Assembly: GCA_944391475.1 (NCBI GenBank)
Contig: CALXTR010000002.1
Location: 194-64,193 of the forward strand
Length of the DNA: 64,000 nt
Source of the DNA: an uncultured Alphaproteobacteria bacterium
GTDB lineage: Bacteria; Pseudomonadota; Alphaproteobacteria; RF32; CAG-239
Reading direction: 5' to 3'
Shown here in pieces: positions 58,945-64,000 of this stretch; the stretch's first letter is position 1, and every line of letters starts with the position of its first letter. The notes below the pieces were generated by a model, which saw only the letters and a program-made list of their open reading frames with translations, made no database searches and had not been told where the DNA came from. The position numbers and the translations under genes are program-made.

Positions 58945-59193
58945 ATGGGACATCATCGCAACCGCATTAAAGCTTGGCAGGAATGTCGCAAAGAAATTGG
59001 CGAACAAATCCGCAATATGCGCTTAGAGTTAGATTTATCGCCCGAAACCGCCGCCGAAATACTGCATACCGGCACCAATCATTTGCTTTACTTAGAAGAT
59101 GGATATCTAAAAAATATGCAAATCTCCACCCTTCACGCACTGGCTTATAAGTACCATTACAAGCTCAAGATAAGCTTTGAGAGAAAAAACTAG
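58945..59193 (+). CDS. Small XRE-family HTH protein (copy A), paralog of 23844..24089
   Basis: 82 aa. About 15 of 81 aligned residues differ from copy B by my manual alignment. The HTH_XRE pattern is present. Confidence 0.75.
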   Translation: MGHHRNRIKAWQECRKEIGEQIRNMRLELDLSPETAAEILHTGTNHLLYLEDGYLKNMQISTLHALAYKYHYKLKISFERKN

Positions 59194-59360
59194 AAAAACA
59201 AAAATAGTCATCCCTCGTTTTTCAGAGAAAAACGTCCAGGGATCTACCGATTAAAGCGACTAACTCGAAGACCCCTTGACGACTACTAAAGTAGTCGAGG
59301 GGTGACAGTTGTGGTGTGACGACACTCTCATAGTTGAGGGTGACAGTTAAAAACAAACAA

Positions 59361-59390
59361 AAAAACTCCCGTTTAGCACGGGAGTTTTTA
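59361..59390. terminator. Bidirectional intrinsic terminator (XRE ORF / ssb)
   Basis: CTCCCG/CGGGAG stem flanked by A-run and T-run. Confidence 0.8.
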
Positions 59391-59410
59391 AGATTGATTC
59401 TATCTTTTCC

Positions 59411-59875
59411 TTAGAACGGAATATCATCGTCTAAGTCTGCGGCCGGAGCAGCTGAGGGAGTGCTATCCCAACCCGAACTGCTACCGGAGAAAACATCATT
59501 GCCACCAGCCGGAGCTCCATCTCCACGGCCATCTAACAACACCAAATTGCCGTTGAAGTTTTGCAAAACAACTTCGGTGGTATATCTTTCTTGACCGTTG
59601 TTGTCTTCCCATTTGCGGGTTTGGAGCTGGCCTTCCAAATATACCTTGGAGCCTTTGCGCAGATATCTTTCTGCAATATCAGCTAACTGCGGATTAAAAA
59701 TTACAACCCGATGCCATTCGGTGCGCTCTTTGCGATCGCCTGAGAGTTTGTCTTTCCAAGTATCTGTGGTGGCGACGTTCAAATTGACAATCTTTGAGCC
59801 GCCAGTGGTGTTGCTGACTTTCGGATCTGCACCCAAATTGCCAACCAAAATTACCTTATTAATGCTACCAGCCAT
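59411..59875 (-). CDS. ssb: Single-stranded DNA-binding protein
   Basis: MAGSINKVILVGNLG OB-fold N-terminus, Gly/Ser-rich linker, and an acidic tip DDDIPF. Confidence 0.92.
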   Translation of the reverse strand: MAGSINKVILVGNLGADPKVSNTTGGSKIVNLNVATTDTWKDKLSGDRKERTEWHRVVIFNPQLADIAERYLRKGSKVYLEGQLQTRKWEDNNGQERYTTEVVLQNFNGNLVLLDGRGDGAPAGGNDVFSGSSSGWDSTPSAAPAADLDDDIPF

Positions 59876-59946
59876 TATATTCACCTTACTATATTATTAA
59901 ATCTGGCGGTTAGTATAAACACAATCTTTTTATATGAAAACAAAAA

Positions 59947-61068
59947 TCATTCGACCTGTGCATATTCGGGCCCAAAAATCCGATAAACCCGATAACCGAC
60001 CGTATTATCCGGTATCCCGTTCTCAAATCGGGTATCTCCCCAACCAATGTCAACTTTGGCTTCGGGCAGTTCTTTGGCCAATTTGGCAGCCGAGAAAGAA
60101 CCTGCCTCTTTGACCAACTCTTCCCACAGTCTTACCGCCGAATAGCCATAGACACTCAGTCCATGAGGCTCAATTCCAAGTAAGCGCAACTTAACTAATG
60201 TTTCGGTAAACTCAGGATTATCTTTTAAGGTTGGGAGCGACATGACATAAGTACCTATACCTTCTTCTCCCATGATGTCGCGATAAGCATTCTCTACCTG
60301 ATAGCGGTCAATGAAAATCTTGGCCTTGGGATTGATATCTTTCCACTCTTTAGCCACTTTGGACACACTCTTAGCCTTGCCTAAAATGTAGCCTATCTGC
60401 ACATAATTATTTTTCATATCCTGAGCCAGGCGCTCAAAATCTTCATCATAGGCGGCAATATCAAACACCGACAAATATGCTGTTTTGTTGTCTTTGTTAA
60501 AATGCTCTTTCACCACCTCGGCCATGGAATTGACTGATTTGAGCCTACTGTCATAAACCAAACCGACTTTTTGGTTGGGGTATTTTTCTTGATAATATCT
60601 GTAAAACTCGTCACCTTGGTCTTCTTGATAACCAACCATTTTTATCAGGCCACTATGGTTCTTTCCGGCTTCAGCTTGGCTAATCGGTGTGGGCACAATC
60701 TGGAAAATATCGGCTTTGGCATAGATATCTGCAACCTGATTGAACGAATTGCTACAATAAGGTCCAATAATCAGGCTTATCTTATCTTTGCGCGAAGTAT
60801 GCAAGGACATCATCTGCGCCATGGTGATGGCAAAGCGGTCGTCACAGCGGTCGTCAATCATTATCAAATTGACTTTTTCACCTTCAAGTCCGCCATTTTC
60901 ATTTAGCTCGTTAACTGCAATTTGGGCACCTTCCCAAAGCTCACGACCAAACATCTCACGGCTGCCGCTTTGCGGAGCCACAACCGCAACATTTACATCT
61001 GCAGATGCCTCAGGGGGGGAACTTATCAGAACGCCGAAAAAAGCTATATTTAGTAGTCTCTTAAGCAT
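59947..61068 (-). CDS. Periplasmic substrate-binding protein, LivK/Peripla_BP_6-like (branched-chain amino acid type)
   Basis: Signal peptide, then VAVVAPQSGS..G..GAQIAVNELN pattern. No cognate permease or ATPase gene in the window. Confidence 0.75.
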   Translation of the reverse strand: MLKRLLNIAFFGVLISSPPEASADVNVAVVAPQSGSREMFGRELWEGAQIAVNELNENGGLEGEKVNLIMIDDRCDDRFAITMAQMMSLHTSRKDKISLIIGPYCSNSFNQVADIYAKADIFQIVPTPISQAEAGKNHSGLIKMVGYQEDQGDEFYRYYQEKYPNQKVGLVYDSRLKSVNSMAEVVKEHFNKDNKTAYLSVFDIAAYDEDFERLAQDMKNNYVQIGYILGKAKSVSKVAKEWKDINPKAKIFIDRYQVENAYRDIMGEEGIGTYVMSLPTLKDNPEFTETLVKLRLLGIEPHGLSVYGYSAVRLWEELVKEAGSFSAAKLAKELPEAKVDIGWGDTRFENGIPDNTVGYRVYRIFGPEYAQVE

Positions 61069-61212
61069 AATAACCAGATTATTATTCAAACTTCGCTTAG
61101 GTCTATCACTTTTTGCATCCCTTTGCAACACATTTTTAACTTTTTCCCTTTAGGCTTGCTTTTGAGCGCTATTTGTGATAGGCTTATTTATATGATTAAA
61201 GTTTTCTAGGGG

Positions 61213-61569
61213 GTGGACATGCGCAACGATGATTATGTAATGAATAAGGATGGAACTATCGTTGATATGGAAACGCATCAGGCCGATATTTCTTCTCAAG
61301 ACGGAAATATCCAAACCAAAGAAGATGATGTGTTTGAAAAAGCTACTCTTGCCAGTATTAACCGTATGAAAGCTCGAGTACGCAGCGCTAGAGAGGTGAT
61401 GAAAGCTCGTGACCGCTTGGCTGCTGAAACTGATATTGCTCAAAATAATGAAAACGGATTTGCCGCTCAGTTTATAAAAGAAAACGAAAAAGATATTGAT
61501 AATTATCAAAAACGCAAAGAAGCATTTGCTCGTTTGGTGGAAGAAAGGAAAGCTCTCAAGCAGAAATAA
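61213..61569 (+). CDS. Hypothetical charged/coiled-coil protein
   Basis: 118-aa ORF with SD AGGGGG 5 nt upstream. Confidence 0.5.
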   Translation: MDMRNDDYVMNKDGTIVDMETHQADISSQDGNIQTKEDDVFEKATLASINRMKARVRSAREVMKARDRLAAETDIAQNNENGFAAQFIKENEKDIDNYQKRKEAFARLVEERKALKQK

Positions 61570-61730
61570 TTCCCCTACCTTTTTAACAATTCCGGAAGAA
61601 AATCTCTTTCCGGAATTTTTTTTGAGAAATAGCTTATTTTATCTCAAGTTTAATATTGACAAATTTTTTATTTTTGACAAAATACTGCCAAACAAAAATT
61701 ATATGTCAAATTATTAAAACTTTTCTTATT

Positions 61731-62243
61731 ATGATGAAACGTGTTAAAAAAAATGTCCCCTACAACAAGCCGATGATTGTAGCTGCTATTGTTGCCGACA
61801 AATTGGGCGATGATCCAAAAACTGCCGCAATTTCTCCTGTGATTAGTATTGGTTTTAATGGTACTGAGTTCGTATCTTCTACCGAGTGGCTGTACCAAAA
61901 CGAGGGAAAAGAATGTATCTACTCCTTCAACCAAGAGCCGCAAGGTTCAACTTTCATTACGCTTGAGGCGGGTATGAAGTTTGCACTTGAGGCTCACAAT
62001 CGATGGAGCATGCTCCGTGATGACAAGCCCGCTATTGTGGAAGTCTTGGGGCAAAAGTTTGAATTTGCCAGTGGTCAGGTCTTGCGCGTTCCTATCAAGC
62101 TCGGGTGCAAAAAGTTCCCGATGTCTGATTGTGAGGTAAAACTCTTAGAAACTGACCAAGCTCGTATTTTTAGCTTGCAGCCCGAGGAATCTACCGTATT
62201 TGGGGAATACTTAAACGAACAAACCGGAATTTGGAGCTTATAA
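61731..62243 (+). CDS. Hypothetical protein (ORFan, no SD)
   Basis: Start moved to the internal ATG-ATG. AT-rich upstream region TTATTAAAACTTTT. Confidence 0.5.
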   Translation: MMKRVKKNVPYNKPMIVAAIVADKLGDDPKTAAISPVISIGFNGTEFVSSTEWLYQNEGKECIYSFNQEPQGSTFITLEAGMKFALEAHNRWSMLRDDKPAIVEVLGQKFEFASGQVLRVPIKLGCKKFPMSDCEVKLLETDQARIFSLQPEESTVFGEYLNEQTGIWSL

Positions 62244-62313
62244 GCCTTTTTTCGGTCTTACAATTGGCGGCGGAGTAATACGTATACTCTGCCGCTTTTA
62301 ATTTAATATATGT

Positions 62314-62775
62314 TCAATCCTTCTTTCTTTTTTTAGCAAAAAAATCTTTCAGCAACTGCGAGCACTCCTCACTCATGATGCCGCTAATCACCTGCGGTCG
62401 GTGGTGGCAGGTCGGAGCTTCATAGAACTTGACCCCGTTTATCACGCCCCCGCCCTTCTTATCTTCGGCGCCGATATAAAGTTTCTCTATCCGCATAAAA
62501 GAAATGGCCGCCGCGCACATAGTACAAGGCTCAAGCGTTACATACAACTCCATTCCCCTCAGCCGATTGCTACCCAATTTTTCGCAAGCTTGCCTTAAGG
62601 CCAACATTTCGGCATGGTCTGAGGCATTGCCGCTATGCTCACTCAAATTATGCGCCGCCGACACAACCTCACCGTTTGTCGGATCAACCACAACCGCACC
62701 AATCGGAACTTCGTCTGCTGCGGCGGCTTTTTTGGCCTCATCATAGGCTAACTGCATATAAAATTTTGGTGTCAT
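62314..62775 (-). CDS. tadA: tRNA-specific adenosine deaminase
   Basis: HAEMLA and PCTMCAAA zinc-binding deaminase motifs, ~150 aa. Confidence 0.9.
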   Translation of the reverse strand: MTPKFYMQLAYDEAKKAAAADEVPIGAVVVDPTNGEVVSAAHNLSEHSGNASDHAEMLALRQACEKLGSNRLRGMELYVTLEPCTMCAAAISFMRIEKLYIGAEDKKGGGVINGVKFYEAPTCHHRPQVISGIMSEECSQLLKDFFAKKRKKD

Positions 62776-62838
62776 CTTTTGCCTTTACTTATTGATAAAT
62801 ATTTTATAAAAGAAGATTAAGAAAAAGGAAAGCACAAA

Positions 62839-63561
62839 ATGAGTGAAAGAATAGCAAAATATATGGCTCGTTTAGGAGTATGTTCCCGTCGCGAAGCCGA
62901 AAAACTTATCTTACAGCAAAGAGTGAGTGTAAACGGGCAAGTCATTGAAAGCCCCGCGTTTAATGTGGAAGGCACAGAAAAAATTCTCCTCGATGGCGAA
63001 AAGTTGCCTGAGAAAGAAACAACCCGTTTATGGCTTTATTATAAGCCGGTGGGTTTGCTTACCACTCATCGGGACAATCAAAACCGCCCGACTGTTTTTG
63101 ACAATCTGCCGGCCGGAATGCCGCGCGTAATCTCGGTGGGGCGTCTTGACCTCAATTCTGAAGGCTTACTCTTACTGACAAACAACGGCGAACTGTCACG
63201 CAAGTTAGAACTCCCCGGAAATGGCTGGGTGCGTCGCTACAAAGTGAAAGTGCATGGTTTCTTAGATGAGGCAAAACTCGCTTCTCTGGCCAAAGGTATT
63301 AGCATTGATGGCATTGACTACGGCTCTATCAAGGTCGAAATTGAAAACAAAGCCGGCACTAATGCTTGGTTGGTGGTTTCGTTGACCGAAGGCAAAAACC
63401 GCGAAATCCGCAAAGTGATGAAGGCTATCGGTCTGGAGGTGGCGCGTCTTATTCGTCTCTCTTACGGGCCGTTCCAGCTTGGCTCGCTCAAAAAAGGTGA
63501 AGTCCGCGAGGTGTCTGGCAAAGTGCTTAAAGAACAACTTGGGAGCAAATTCGAATTATGA
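62839..63561 (+). CDS. Pseudouridine synthase, RsuA/RluB family, with N-terminal S4 domain
   Basis: RIAKYMARLGVCSRREAEKLI gives the S4 domain. GRLDLNSEGLLLLTN is the catalytic Asp motif. Confidence 0.88.
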   Translation: MSERIAKYMARLGVCSRREAEKLILQQRVSVNGQVIESPAFNVEGTEKILLDGEKLPEKETTRLWLYYKPVGLLTTHRDNQNRPTVFDNLPAGMPRVISVGRLDLNSEGLLLLTNNGELSRKLELPGNGWVRRYKVKVHGFLDEAKLASLAKGISIDGIDYGSIKVEIENKAGTNAWLVVSLTEGKNREIRKVMKAIGLEVARLIRLSYGPFQLGSLKKGEVREVSGKVLKEQLGSKFEL

Positions 63562-64000
63562 GGATAATTGCCGGAAAATATCGCGGAAAAAAGCTATTTT
63601 CTCCACAATCTGACGGCGTCCGTCCTACTGCCGACCGCGCGCGCGAATCGGTTTTTAATATCCTCAACTCTAGACTTGAGCTCCCTTGGGAAAACTATAA
63701 GCTGTTAGACCTATTTTCCGGAACCGGAGCGTTTGCCTTAGAAGCTCTGTCTCGCGGAGCAAGCTTCATTGCCATGGTGGATCAAAACCCGCAGACCATT
63801 CGCAAAAATGCTGCGCTCTTTCCTAACGAAAGTGCCAATATCCGCATTATCACCGCAGATGCCACCAAACTTCCTCCGGCCAAAGAAAAATATAATCTGC
63901 TCTTTGCCGATGCTCCTTATAACCGTGAGCTTTCGGCTCCGGCTCTCATATCGGCGGCATCTAAAAACTGGCTTTGCCCTGATGCATTGTGTATTGTTGA
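63558..64000 (+). CDS. rsmD: 16S rRNA (guanine966-N2)-methyltransferase RsmD (partial, 3' end outside window)
   Basis: My own translation gives MRIIAGKYRGKKL..RPT.DRARESVFNIL..DLFSGTGAFALEALSRGA..DAPY. ATGA overlap with the upstream gene. Confidence 0.85.
   Translation, partial: MRIIAGKYRGKKLFSPQSDGVRPTADRARESVFNILNSRLELPWENYKLLDLFSGTGAFALEALSRGASFIAMVDQNPQTIRKNAALFPNESANIRIITADATKLPPAKEKYNLLFADAPYNRELSAPALISAASKNWLCPDALCIV

Larger units (their letters stand above)
58716..59193 (+). repeat. Copy A of the promoter-leader-XRE module
   Basis: Alignable by eye over its whole length with the reverse complement of 23844..24320. Confidence 0.85.

Noticed and set aside
1-64000. CRISPR arrays, rRNA genes, IS elements and prophage modules
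   Set aside because: I saw no regularly spaced direct repeats, no rRNA-like conserved stretches and no transposase, integrase or phage structural motifs in any frame.

Overview
Gene-dense, visibly AT-rich bacterial chromosomal segment. I call about 68 CDS and one tRNA-Pro(GGG). I found no rRNA, CRISPR array, transposase, integrase or prophage genes.

Likely lineage (inference): the conserved blocks map-radC and yceD-rpmF-plsX-fabH-ihfA-merR, plus the housekeeping genes alaS, proS, gyrA, ssb, tadA and rsmD, point to an alphaproteobacterium. The mix of these with many SD-less ORFans and with anaerobe-, chlamydia- and eukaryote-like genes suggests a host-associated, amoeba-symbiont-like lifestyle.

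Accessory content:
- a surface-glycan cluster (nucleotidyltransferase/kinase fusion plus GT2, GT32-like and GT2-GT8 enzymes)
- a Pif1-WYL helicase
- a perR-rubrerythrin / flavodiiron oxidative-stress cluster with a 7-1-7 Fur/PerR-type box
- SulP, MATE and RND transporters
- two secreted EF-hand proteins
- Hsp20
- an ATP-grasp / 7TM-transglutaminase-like / retropepsin-like triad
- a chlamydia-like pyruvoyl arginine decarboxylase plus antiporter pair
- an MIF-family tautomerase

Most interesting observation: a module present twice, in inverted orientation, at about 23.8-24.3 kb and 58.7-59.2 kb. Each copy has a conserved promoter, a ~195-nt highly structured leader RNA with an internal intrinsic terminator, an SD, and an ~81-aa XRE-type HTH ORF. 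Nearly all nucleotide differences between the two leaders lie in loops or preserve base pairing. I do not recognise the fold.

Second observation: an ATTAAY-TTAAA box sits 10-11 nt upstream of the ATG of several SD-less ORFans, which suggests a leaderless or co-regulated gene set.

All functional calls rest on motif and family recognition by eye, not on database searches.
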